Shown here: one piece after another, positions 1 to 10,034 of the stretch
How the letters are laid out: the number at the start of each line of letters is the position of its first letter
Position numbering within the stretch: position 1 is the first letter of the stretch
NCBI GenBank assembly: GCA_963701855.1
Contig: CAVPBK010000009.1
Span: 192,001-256,000, forward strand
DNA: 64,000 nt
Reading direction: 5' to 3'
Origin: Nitrospirota bacterium
GTDB taxonomy: Bacteria; Nitrospirota; Nitrospiria; Nitrospirales; Nitrospiraceae
Position numbers and translations under genes: made by a program
Notes under the pieces: model-generated
What the model was told of the DNA's origin: nothing
The model's input: the letters and a program-made list of their open reading frames with translations, nothing else
The model's database searches: none

Positions 1-222
1 GCCAGGATCGTACGGATCTTGCCGGAGCAAGCTGTGCTTGATCTCAACCATCCCCTAGCGGGGCAACCGCTGATTGTCACGCTGCAGATCATGGCGATTG
101 AGAATCCAGATGAGGTGAGCCCACACGTACCCGGGGATGACAATGATCCGAAGCTCATGATTGTCGCTCCCGAGACCCATGCTGTCTCGACGGATCGTAA
201 TCTGCATAGCATCTCCCTGTAG
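1..222 (+). CDS. C-terminal part of FKBP-type peptidyl-prolyl isomerase (SlyD-like), truncated by window start
   Basis: Frame open from base 1; ARIVRILPEQAVLDLNHPLAGQPLIVTLQI matches the FKBP D-x-N-H-P-L-A-G motif. Confidence 0.8.
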   Translation, partial: ARIVRILPEQAVLDLNHPLAGQPLIVTLQIMAIENPDEVSPHVPGDDNDPKLMIVAPETHAVSTDRNLHSISL

Positions 223-304
223 CGCGTCCTCTGGCGATGGTCGCGCGACACGGGGTACCGGTTCTGGATAGCTTATTGGCTTGGATATGAGTTGAGAAGG
301 TTTT

Positions 305-742
305 ATGCTCCGACGATACATCAATATCATTATCCTATTGACTAGTGCAGTGCTTTCTGCAGCTTGTGTCCATCGGGCTGCTTCCGTCAACTCCCCTCCT
401 CCATGGATAACATCACAGACAGGTGACCGGCATGTCCTCGCTGGTGAATGGGAATATATCGATGGCACTGGTGCGGCTGTCCGGTTAACGCTCGACGAGC
501 AGGGGAACGGTCATTATGAATGGAAAGACGGGCGGTTCGAAACTCACAGATTCATCGATCATTCCTGGAGCGGCATGTGGTTTCAGGAGGAGAACGACCG
601 AGATGGCGGATTTACGGTTGAGTTTTCGCCTGATTTTTCAGAGGGCGAGGGACAATGGTGGTACAACCGCATAGGAACCGATCATGCCCCTACTCAAAAT
701 GGAGGAACGTTTCATCTTAGATCCTCTACGGTTTCAGGCTGA
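305..742 (+). CDS. Hypothetical lipoprotein
   Basis: Signal peptide ending LSAAC; 145 aa, Trp/Gly-rich beta-type sequence. Confidence 0.65.
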   Translation: MLRRYINIIILLTSAVLSAACVHRAASVNSPPPWITSQTGDRHVLAGEWEYIDGTGAAVRLTLDEQGNGHYEWKDGRFETHRFIDHSWSGMWFQEENDRDGGFTVEFSPDFSEGEGQWWYNRIGTDHAPTQNGGTFHLRSSTVSG

Positions 743-886
743 AGAATGAGCGGGATTCCAGCGGAGAGACAAACACTAGCCATTCGCCACCATGAGCGGC
801 AAATAGGCACAAGCAGCCAGTTAGGCTGCATTGACATAGCGTAATACGTTTGGTGTAATTCCTTGGTCAAACCGGAGTACCCGGGG

Positions 887-1375
887 ATGGCCCCTAAGCC
901 TGAACCTCTCGCAACTTCCGTACTGCTCATCGATGGGAGCAAGAACCAGCGTGCGTACTGGGCAGACCAACTGAAGCGCTGCTCCCTCGACTATGAGATC
1001 ATAGAAGCCCCCGACGCGCAATCAGGACTTGAGTTCTACCAATCTCGACGGGTCGATTGCGTGGTCCTCGAACTCGCACTGCCCGATGAATTGGGCTTCC
1101 AGTTATTGATAGATTTAGTCCCAATTCCCAGCAGGCCGCACGTTGCTGTGATTGTCCTCACCCAGATGGCACAACGAGGTGTGTGGGAGCTAGCCAAGCA
1201 AAATGGCGCGTATGCCTGTTTTGTCAAACGGCACACGACAGGCGAGGATTTGGACAGGGCCATTCAGCGGGCTATCGCATTTGTTGGGCAGATGCCCAAG
1301 GAGGATAGGGCGTCGGCCCGGCCAATCTCTCGTCTCGAGCAGACAAAAATAGATGTGGAAACGCCCCAGTCCTAA
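887..1375 (+). CDS. Stand-alone response regulator receiver (atypical)
   Basis: VLLIDGS...DCVVLELALPDELG...IVLT...ACFVK receiver pattern; ORF track starts at 863, ATG at 887 preferred. Confidence 0.8.
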   Translation: MAPKPEPLATSVLLIDGSKNQRAYWADQLKRCSLDYEIIEAPDAQSGLEFYQSRRVDCVVLELALPDELGFQLLIDLVPIPSRPHVAVIVLTQMAQRGVWELAKQNGAYACFVKRHTTGEDLDRAIQRAIAFVGQMPKEDRASARPISRLEQTKIDVETPQS

Positions 1376-1679
1376 TTCACGAGCGCACTTTTCGAGATCA
1401 CATGAAGAAGGCTCGGGTCCTTTCGGAACCGAGCCTCCTGCTCCATCTCGCGAAGGGGTGCGACTCTCATCGCGCGGCTGAAGTATGGTGACCATACCGC
1501 ACCCTGAATGAGAGTGTAGACCAGGGAAAACCCTGGTTTTCCCATAAGAGATCTCCGGCTGTCCGATCTGTCTCACGCCGCGGTATCATCATCGTCTTTG
1601 CCTGTCCCTGATCACGCGCTATCAAACATTGAATTAACCGATCTTGTGCGGTTATATCTTGTCGACCCCTCGTGCATCT

Positions 1680-3251
1680 TTAGCGGTGTCCTGAGAAAGT
1701 CTCCGACGCCCCGTGGCCCGGTATACCCGCGGCCTTCCGCGGCGTGTTGTCGACCGGTGCCTCCATGAGCACTGTCCTTTCGGTCGCCTCGCTCTGAGCC
1801 TGCTGCTTGATGGGCACTCGTCCAAAGGCGCTGGCGGTCCCTTCCAACAACACATCGGCCACGAGGGCGTCTTTGGTCGAGGAGACCTGGCCGGCTTCCT
1901 GGCGTCCCATCAATAGATTCATGGACAACCCTCCGGCCTTATGCTGGCCGCTCAGTGCATTCTTCATACTTCCGATCCGCTGCGCCAAATCGACTGTGGC
2001 GGCTTGCCGCAAGCGTGGCCTTAATTCTTCATCCACTACTTGCCAGTACCCGTCCGTCACCTCATCCAGCGCCATCTTTGTTTCATTGGCCATCTGGAGA
2101 TCCGGGATCGTAATCACATTGCCCTCATGCTCCAATCGCGGCGTGCCCCAATAGTACAGGATGCCGCTGACGGCTCCGCTGGTCTCCACTGAAAAGAGCG
2201 ACCGGCCGTTGACGTCGGAAGCCCCTGCGTGTTCGATCGTCAAGGTGTTCCTGAACGACGTGCGCAGCTTCACCTCATGATGGAATAGTTTGTCCTGCAG
2301 TTGTTGAGAAAGGACGCCATAGGGCACCGGCACGCTGAGAAGGATTTTATACGGTTGTCCCTCCTGCACCGCAACTGCCGTATTGTCCATATACACCTTC
2401 AGCGGCGGTGTAGTCGCCGGCTTTTGGCACGGTGTCTGATACAGAGCGACCGGCGTTTGCCGGACGGCTCCCATGATCGTCGTCAGCTGTGCCGGCCCCT
2501 TGAGCGAGCCGACGGTGAAGTCCTGCGCTTTGCCATACAGACAGAGCTTGCTATTCGCGTACCCGACGATCAATGGTTCCTGTAATCGATCCCAGACGAG
2601 CTGAATCGGAATGGAATAGCCAGCTCGCTCGAGGGATTGGCTGATTTGTTGATTGATCGCTTCCTGTTGGAACAGCTCAACCAATTGATCTTTCACCACT
2701 ACATTGAACATATTGCATTTGCTATCGCTCTCCGGCTTCAAATTAATGGAGATCCTTAAATCGCTCATTGTGACGAGAAGGCCTTGGTCCTGCTCACGCA
2801 GCATGAGTCGACCAGTTCCTTCCAGCACTGGAAAGAGAGGATCGAGCCTGCAGGCGCGTGCGGCAGTGGATTCAATCTCTCCCCGGTAAACCGCTTGATA
2901 CTTCACCAATCCATCTTGAATGAACACCTCTGGCTGGCCTTCTCGGACAAATTGCCAGCGGTAGGCGTTCGCGAGTGGGTGACCCTCATCGGTAAACCGT
3001 TCGGGTATCGCCGCTTGAATGGCCCGTTGCACAGGGGTGAGATCGGCCGTGAGGATCACCGGCAATATCGATTCGGGAGCCTGCGCTTGTTTTCCGCCAG
3101 CATTGAGCAGTGCGGCTGTCGGTGGAGTCTTGCCTATTTCAGGCGGCGGCTGCGGCATCCGATCGGTCGCGGGAATGGTATGGCTGCAGCCGACAAAAAT
3201 CAGCAACGGCATGAGCAACGTAACCGGTGTAAATCTAGCGAAAGATTTCAT
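1680..3251 (-). CDS. DUF4403-like lipoprotein
   Basis: RBS GGAGG before ATG 3251; lipobox FVGC; long ORF with a YWGTP motif. Confidence 0.65.
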   Translation of the reverse strand: MKSFARFTPVTLLMPLLIFVGCSHTIPATDRMPQPPPEIGKTPPTAALLNAGGKQAQAPESILPVILTADLTPVQRAIQAAIPERFTDEGHPLANAYRWQFVREGQPEVFIQDGLVKYQAVYRGEIESTAARACRLDPLFPVLEGTGRLMLREQDQGLLVTMSDLRISINLKPESDSKCNMFNVVVKDQLVELFQQEAINQQISQSLERAGYSIPIQLVWDRLQEPLIVGYANSKLCLYGKAQDFTVGSLKGPAQLTTIMGAVRQTPVALYQTPCQKPATTPPLKVYMDNTAVAVQEGQPYKILLSVPVPYGVLSQQLQDKLFHHEVKLRTSFRNTLTIEHAGASDVNGRSLFSVETSGAVSGILYYWGTPRLEHEGNVITIPDLQMANETKMALDEVTDGYWQVVDEELRPRLRQAATVDLAQRIGSMKNALSGQHKAGGLSMNLLMGRQEAGQVSSTKDALVADVLLEGTASAFGRVPIKQQAQSEATERTVLMEAPVDNTPRKAAGIPGHGASETFSGHR

Positions 3252-3372
3252 GGCACCTCCTTGCGCTTCAAAGCATGGTTGCAGCCCATGACACTGGAAT
3301 GGATAACCTGCATACTTGATTGGCACACTTCCTAAGCCCTACCCATCCTTGCTCTTCATTCAGCCGATGTTG

Positions 3373-3388
3373 AGCAAGGCTAATGCCA
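3373..3388 (-). promoter_or_regulatory. Putative sigma54 promoter (-24/-12) for the DUF4403-like gene
   Basis: Minus strand TGGCATTAGCCTTGCT fits TGGCA-N6-TTGC, about 120 bp upstream of the start. Confidence 0.55.
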
Positions 3389-3654
3389 TGATTGCTACGT
3401 GGGGGAGATTGATCAGCCTGCAACAGAGGAAGTGTGTGGAATTACACGAAGATGGTGAGGAGAGTGGTTCTACCGATCAACTCCACCACTTTCGAATGCA
3501 GTGTGATCTCACCGAGGGCCAGAGAACAATCTGTCCGTCTCTAACAGGGCCGAAGGAGTGCCTTGACGGAAAATGCCTTGATGTTTATATCATTTCGAGT
3601 TGGCCCGGATGTCCAGGAAGAATGTTTCCGCACCAGACAACATGTCAGCTTGGA

Positions 3655-4229
3655 AAGCTACAGGCGCAGGGGTCCACCACGCCGATGAAGTATTTCCAGC
3701 GATGACGCAGCTGGTCCCGCGCAGGACTAATGGCACCAAGATTTTCTTCGAATCAGGGCGGTGGCCCCGAACCGAAACGCGACACAACGCCAGGAACCCG
3801 TGCGATAACCAGGCGATCATGCCCGATGGCCTGCGGTAATTCTAGAACAAGCGCCTCTCCTTCCCCTTTAAGCATGCAATCAATCGTTCCTGCGCCGTGA
3901 TCCAAGAACTGTTTCGCTATAAACGAAGCGCTATGGCCGACGCCAAACACAAAACTCTCCGGGAGTGTGGCCTTCGTCAGTTTGGCGAGATCAATAATTT
4001 CCGGCACGTTCGCCAGATGATTGCAGGAGAATGCGACGACATCGGGCCGCCAGGTATGAGACAGCACAGAATAATCCCGATGAGCTTCGACCTGAAAATC
4101 AATGAGGCATACCGCATATCCGGTTTGGCGGATGTGACTTGAGCCACAAGCTCTAATTCAAGCGGCTCCAATCGGAAGATAAAGTTTTGTGTATATTAAC
4201 GCGCTGGGATGGACGGCAAGTACCTTCAT
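3655..4229 (-). pseudogene. hpnR: Frameshifted, truncated B12-binding radical SAM methylase (hopanoid C-3 methylase HpnR-like)
   Basis: Pieces in different frames: MKVLAVHPSAL, LEPLELELVAQ, WRPDVVAFSCNHLANVPEIIDLAK...GHSASF...KGEGE, RHRWKYFIGVVDPCA; ends before the CxxxCxxC motif. Confidence 0.7.
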
Positions 4230-5345
4230 GCTATCTCCTATCCCGCAGCATTAATACTCATGATACTGGCGGACTCAAAGCCATCTGACGAAATTCATCG
4301 TGACCTACGCCATACTTCTGCCGTTCTCACAGCCCTGAAATATTAACCCTTAGGAGGCTCGGCTCGGATTGAGATGCCAATTTGCTCCTACTTCCAATTC
4401 GAGGAGCTAGGAGTATCCCTTGCTGGGACTGTCTTACTGTCCTAGGAGTGTCGGACTGAGCGACTGGACGACGTGCGGGACGAAAACCGAGCAAGCAGAT
4501 GTTGTCTCATCATTTCACTGTGAGTAAATCTAGGGTTCTTTCTAGCATTACAGAGAAAGACTTCAGTGCAGACTGACTGAACAGTCTTGTTGCCTAACGC
4601 TTTCTTAGAAAAGGAGGGAGATATGCCAGCTCATTTCATGCCTCTCCTACAATCCGGCGTCATTCGCCCATGCGGATCAGTGTCACGATTCGCTAAGGCG
4701 CAAGGAATGTGGCCCTCAATCTTTCGATGGCTCCGGTTATCTCGGGCGAGCCGAACCCCTACTCGAGCTGTTCGTCGATGAGGATGGGTTTTTACAGGAG
4801 GCACGTTATCCAGTGCTCTTGAATGCCGCTGCCGATTGATCTGTTATGGGAGTGGTTGGAGGAGCCGACATTCCCATTCGAAGCGGTGTTGCACGCCATC
4901 TGGCGTTGGGACTCCGGCAAAGAACAACGCGCCGTTCTGACTGTGCGTCCCTTTGGCAGTTAGTGATTTTGCCGACGTGTCACGTTCTGTACGAACAAGA
5001 ACCTGGTGGCGCGAACTGGGATTATGGTCCCAACGGCGGTCCCTTGAAGCTGGAAGGCGAATCGACCAACATCGTGCTCAATCCAAACCGTAGGACCTAT
5101 GGTTCCATGTGAACTCGGTTACCCCACACGCACAATCTTCTCATCCTCAAACCGCCTACCAAAGTTCACCTCATCCTCATCCCTCATTCTTGCCTTCATA
5201 AGTTCTCGACAGAAAACGCGGGAAGTTCCTAGGTCAGAAACCACTCAGGGGGGTGTACAGATAGCTTATATGATTGTGAACCTCTAACCGAGAAGTCGTC
5301 GCTTGTAATTTCTTCACAAATTCACCGATTCAACAGGGAGGACGT

Positions 5346-5657
5346 ATGATCAAGCTCACATTGTCGATATTCACGGTGGTGATACTAGGTGTTGGAGCCG
5401 GGATAGCTGAAGCCGCTAATCCGATGTCAGACAAAGAGGCCAAGCCGACCTTGGGAGAGCGCTTCACCAAAAACACGATCAAAGGAACGCTGATGAAGAT
5501 GGAAGGCGAATATATGTGGATCAAGGATACTGACGGTAAGGAAAGCAGGATTCACGTCGATAACAGCACGAAACTGGATAAGGTGGTAGTGGGAGATACG
5601 GTCAAAGCCTATATCACGGACCAGGGACATACCACGACGCTTCAGCGCGATGAGTGA
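5346..5657 (+). CDS. Small exported hypothetical protein (OB-like)
   Basis: RBS GGAGG; signal peptide ending AEA; VVVGDTVKAYITDQG motif. Confidence 0.75.
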   Translation: MIKLTLSIFTVVILGVGAGIAEAANPMSDKEAKPTLGERFTKNTIKGTLMKMEGEYMWIKDTDGKESRIHVDNSTKLDKVVVGDTVKAYITDQGHTTTLQRDE

Positions 5658-5849
5658 CCTGCTGCTGTGTCGTGAGGCCCAGAGCCCTTATCGATGTAGG
5701 AATCCGCGAACTACTCGGTATGGCTCCATGATGGGCCGGACTCCAAATCAGACAAGCAAGATAGACAAGCTTCAGATACTCGACGGCGTGGGGGCCCAGC
5801 GTGGAACGACGAGCACCACGTTCGAACATGTAAGCGGGACGATATTCGC

Positions 5850-6548
5850 ATGAGCAGTGTATATCGGATAGCCTCGAGAAAACTCAAAGCTTTCGGCGCA
5901 GGTGCGCGCTGGCTAACGTGTATAGCCTCGTTCATCCTGGTACCGACCAGCATGCCTGAATCGGCACACTCCTCGGCTCAATCTAGCCCAACTGAAGCGA
6001 TGCGAACTACCGTCAATCAAGCCCTCGGAGTCTTGCGGGATCAAGAACTCAAGAAACCGGATCGGACGGACGAGCGGGGCACTCAGCTGAAAAGGATCGC
6101 AGGATCACGTTTTGACTATGGAGAGATGGCGAAGCGGTCGCTTGGGGGTCAGTGGGATAAATTAGATGAGAGGCAGCGACAAGAGTTTGTCGACCTGTTC
6201 ACAGAGTTTTTGACAGCTACATATATGGAAAAAATCCATGCCTACTCCGGTGAGGAGGTTACATTCCTCAACGAACGGCTTGACGGGACCTATGCGGAGG
6301 TCAAGAGCATCATGGTTGGGAAGAAAACAGAGATCCCAATCAGCTACAGGCTTCTGCTGAAAGGAGCCGACTGGAAAGCGTACGATGTGATAGTTGATGG
6401 AATCAGTCTGGTCAGGAATTATCGAGAGCAGTTTGCAACGATTCTTCGCTCATCGTCATACGAGCATTTGCTCCAAATCCTGCGCGAGAAGAACACGCAA
6501 TACAACGTGAAGACCAAGAGCTCTGAAAGGGTCACATCATCCCGATAA
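5850..6548 (+). CDS. mlaC: MlaC/Ttg2D (HpnM-like) periplasmic lipid-binding protein
   Basis: FDYGEMAKRSLG...WKAYDVIVDGISLVRNYREQF signature. Confidence 0.85.
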   Translation: MSSVYRIASRKLKAFGAGARWLTCIASFILVPTSMPESAHSSAQSSPTEAMRTTVNQALGVLRDQELKKPDRTDERGTQLKRIAGSRFDYGEMAKRSLGGQWDKLDERQRQEFVDLFTEFLTATYMEKIHAYSGEEVTFLNERLDGTYAEVKSIMVGKKTEIPISYRLLLKGADWKAYDVIVDGISLVRNYREQFATILRSSSYEHLLQILREKNTQYNVKTKSSERVTSSR

Positions 6549-6709
6549 GCAGCACTAGGCTCACCAAGGCTTGTGCTCAGGCAAATCCCCGCCGTCTTGC
6601 CGTCATATATCATGAACGAGCCGTGATAGGAATCATGGTGTGACGAGATCCATACGCCACTGTATCGCTCGGGACCACTTGAGAGAAGGGAAAGACCCTT
6701 CGAATATGC

Positions 6710-7126
6710 TTATTTATTCATCGTTTCAGGCATCGGCTGGACCGTTACTGCCAATTCGAGGATCGACGCACCCATGATCTTATCTACCTGTCCATCCTCA
6801 TTCAAATGAATAGTCACACGATCGCCGACCGACAGATTCCGAATCAGATCCGGTTTCTTCACTTCAAGGTATATGGGCTTGCCAAGATCGGTTCTGATCA
6901 TCCCCCTTCCACTCGACAAATTCAAGGCAGACAATGTGCCAGCTACCTCGTATGGCTTCAATGTCTCGGTTTTCTCGCGGTTGGAGCCTGCACCGTTCGC
7001 CATTGCCGGCATCCATCCTGAGACAAGAATCAGACACGTGAGGATCCTCAGCAAGTTTCTGCCATGTAGCATTCTCGGTTTATGGGAGATTGGCGCTCCG
7101 TCAGATGGCGTTATCGGGGTTGGCAT
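6710..7126 (-). CDS. Exported hypothetical protein (OB-like)
   Basis: RBS GAGG; hydrophobic leader; LSVGDRVTIHLNEDG motif. Confidence 0.65.
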   Translation of the reverse strand: MPTPITPSDGAPISHKPRMLHGRNLLRILTCLILVSGWMPAMANGAGSNREKTETLKPYEVAGTLSALNLSSGRGMIRTDLGKPIYLEVKKPDLIRNLSVGDRVTIHLNEDGQVDKIMGASILELAVTVQPMPETMNK

Positions 7127-7133
7127 ACTGACC

Positions 7134-7403
7134 TCATCGTGGGGGTTGAGGTGGGATCGGCTGTGGTGGTGTCGGATCTGTCGGTCCCGGGCCTCCCAGT
7201 TTGGGAGCGGGATTCGGCGAAGGTGAGGGAACAGGATGCATGGGTCCCGGTATGGGTTTCGGGTCCGCCGTTTGATGTGGCTCCATGACCGGCATGAAGC
7301 CTACCATCGCCAACACACACAACAGTCCCGCTCCTACCTGTTGCCTCGTGGAGTTCATGGGACAAAAAATGGTTGCCACTGGGCCCTTCTTTCCGTTGAA
7401 CAC
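7134..7403 (-). CDS. Small Pro-rich membrane or secreted peptide
   Basis: Hydrophobic segment followed by PxP repeats; directly upstream of 6710-7126; start uncertain. Confidence 0.45.
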   Translation of the reverse strand: MFNGKKGPVATIFCPMNSTRQQVGAGLLCVLAMVGFMPVMEPHQTADPKPIPGPMHPVPSPSPNPAPKLGGPGPTDPTPPQPIPPQPPR

Positions 7404-7819
7404 TGAATAGGTCAGATGCTATTGCTGAGGGTCAAGCATACTCTAAGCTCCCTCAGTCGGTTCTAGCACTGGGAGCTTCCCTAGATTTCAAAATCGAGAG
7501 AGAGGGGAATCGAACCGCCGAAACTGAATGAGATCGCGAATGTTTTCGGATGGACTTAGCTACTGACCTGGAGTCTCGCGCTTCCTCTCTCTTCTTTTTG
7601 ATGGATGAGTGTCTCTCCCTCCAGCTAGATCTCAAGGGATTTTCCTAGTCGCTCGAACCATCGTAGCATGTTAATTATAAAGTACGGCTTTGGCTCTCAT
7701 TATGATTCCAGAGGGGTGGACATATCGGCAAGTCACCGACGCGGTAGGTCCCTCTTCCGTGAGAAAGAATGTTTCCCTTGAATCAGCTCGTCATCAAGCC
7801 GGAGCCTTGGAATCGGACC

Positions 7820-10030
7820 ATGAATGAAGCCGTGAATCCAACCACGCAATGGCCCGGACAACCCTATCCCCTGGGCGCCACGTGGGACGGCAAAGGCGTT
7901 AACTTTGCACTCTTCTCTGAACATGCCACTGGCGTGGAATTGTGTTTATTTGAGTCAGCGGAGGCGGAAACGGAATCTGTGCGCATCCGCCTCACCGAAT
8001 ATACGGACCATGTGTGGCACGCGTACTTACCGGAGGTGTTGCCGGGCCAACTCTACGGCTATCGGGTGTCTGGCCCCTATGAGCCTCAGCTGGGACATCG
8101 TTTTAATCCCAATAAGATTCTTCTTGATCCCTATGCCAAGGGGATCGGACGCAATCTAAAATGGGCTGATGACGTCTTTGGCTATCGTGTAGGAGACCCG
8201 GAAAGTGATCTCTCGTTTGACGACCGGGATAGCGCTGCGTTTGCGCCGCTCGCGATGGTAATCGACCCTGCCTTTACTTGGGGGAATGATCAACATCCGA
8301 GAACACCCTGGCACAAAACTATCCTCTATGAGCTACATGTAAAAGGATTTACCCAATTACAACAAGGTCTGCCGGAACGACTTCGAGGAACTTACGCGGG
8401 CTTGGCCACTGAATCGGTCATCAAACATCTGACTGATCTCGGCGTCACTGCGGTCGAACTGCAACCGGTGCACTATTTCCTCCATGACCGACATTTGCTC
8501 GAGCGAGGTCTGACAAACTATTGGGGCTATAATACCCTGGGATATTTTGCTCCGGCCAGCCAGTATGCAGCCCAACATATCCAACAAGACGCCGTTCAGC
8601 AGTTTAAAACAATGGTAGCGGCGTTGCATCAAGCGGGCATCGAAGTCATTCTTGATGTCGTGTACAACCATACCGCGGAGGGAAACCAATTGGGCCCGAC
8701 CCTCTCAATGAGGGGCATCGATAATCTCGCCTATTACAAGCTTACGGACCCGGATCGTCGCTACTATAGGGACTATACCGGCACGGGGAATTCTCTCAAC
8801 GTCCGACATCCTCGAGTGCTCCAGCTCATCATGGACAGCCTCCGGTACTGGGTGATCTATATGCACGTGGATGGATTCCGATTTGATTTAGCGAGTACAT
8901 TGGCACGCGAACTGTACGATGTCGACCGGCTTGGAGCATTTTTCGACATTATCCACCAAGATCCCATTCTATCGCAGGTGAAGTTGATCGCCGAACCGTG
9001 GGATGTGGGCGAAGGGGGCTATCAAGTCGGAAAATTTCCGGTGCTATGGAGTGAGTGGAACGGTATCTACCGCGATAACATCCGCCGGTTCTGGAAAGGT
9101 GATGGAGGACTTCTGCCTGATTTTGCCACTCGTCTGAGCGGAAGCAGCGATTTATATGAAGGCGACGGACGGAAACCCTACGCCAGCATCAACTTCGTGA
9201 CCTGTCACGACGGATTCACGCTACATGATTTCGTCAGCTTCGACGACAAACACAACGAGGCCAATGGCGAAAACAACCAGGACGGCACCAATGATAACTA
9301 CAGCTGGAATTGCGGTGTGGAGGGGCCAACGAATGATCCGGCGATCAATGGGCTACGAGCCCAACAGAAACGAAACTTCATGGCCACGCTACTCCTCTCC
9401 GCCGGTGTACCGATGATTTTGGCCGGAGATGAACTCGGCCACACGCAGCAGGGTAATAATAATGCGTACTGTCAGGATAATGAGACCACATGGCTCAAGT
9501 GGAATCTCACCGACGAGCAACGGGAATTTCTTCACTTCGTGCGTTCGGTTATCAATATTCGGCAAACGCAACCGGTATTTCAGCGACGGAAGTTTTTCCT
9601 GGGCCGACAGATCGATGGCGCCCACATACCGGACATTTCCTGGTTTCAGCCGTCGGGTGAAGAAATGTCCGACGAAGCCTGGAATGCAGGATACACACAA
9701 TGTCTCGGGGTTCTGCTTCCCGGCAATCTCATCTGCGATGTCGATGAACGGGGAGGACCGATCATCGGGGACTCGATCGTACTGTTGGTCAATGCACACC
9801 ACCAACCGATACCGTTTACGATGCCGTCATGCGGCGAAGTTCAGGAATGGGAGCGATTGATCGATAGCGCTGATCCAGAATCGGCAACCGTAAAACGTAA
9901 AAACGGCGAACAGTATGAAATTGCCGGCCGCTCTATGGTGATCTTGCGTTCAAAACTGCCTCAGATGGCTGAACTCCGCGAGCTAAAGTTGGTCGGAAGC
10001 GGGGGCACGTCAGGAGGTCCGCTAGGATGA
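7820..10030 (+). CDS. glgX: Glycogen debranching enzyme (isoamylase, GH13)
   Basis: [62 protein letters not shown]. Confidence 0.97.
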   Translation: MNEAVNPTTQWPGQPYPLGATWDGKGVNFALFSEHATGVELCLFESAEAETESVRIRLTEYTDHVWHAYLPEVLPGQLYGYRVSGPYEPQLGHRFNPNKILLDPYAKGIGRNLKWADDVFGYRVGDPESDLSFDDRDSAAFAPLAMVIDPAFTWGNDQHPRTPWHKTILYELHVKGFTQLQQGLPERLRGTYAGLATESVIKHLTDLGVTAVELQPVHYFLHDRHLLERGLTNYWGYNTLGYFAPASQYAAQHIQQDAVQQFKTMVAALHQAGIEVILDVVYNHTAEGNQLGPTLSMRGIDNLAYYKLTDPDRRYYRDYTGTGNSLNVRHPRVLQLIMDSLRYWVIYMHVDGFRFDLASTLARELYDVDRLGAFFDIIHQDPILSQVKLIAEPWDVGEGGYQVGKFPVLWSEWNGIYRDNIRRFWKGDGGLLPDFATRLSGSSDLYEGDGRKPYASINFVTCHDGFTLHDFVSFDDKHNEANGENNQDGTNDNYSWNCGVEGPTNDPAINGLRAQQKRNFMATLLLSAGVPMILAGDELGHTQQGNNNAYCQDNETTWLKWNLTDEQREFLHFVRSVINIRQTQPVFQRRKFFLGRQIDGAHIPDISWFQPSGEEMSDEAWNAGYTQCLGVLLPGNLICDVDERGGPIIGDSIVLLVNAHHQPIPFTMPSCGEVQEWERLIDSADPESATVKRKNGEQYEIAGRSMVILRSKLPQMAELRELKLVGSGGTSGGPLG

Positions 10031-10034
10031 GTAT

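Noticed and set aside
4587..5287. Short ORFs upstream of the 5346 gene
   Set aside because: No recognisable family; cannot support a call
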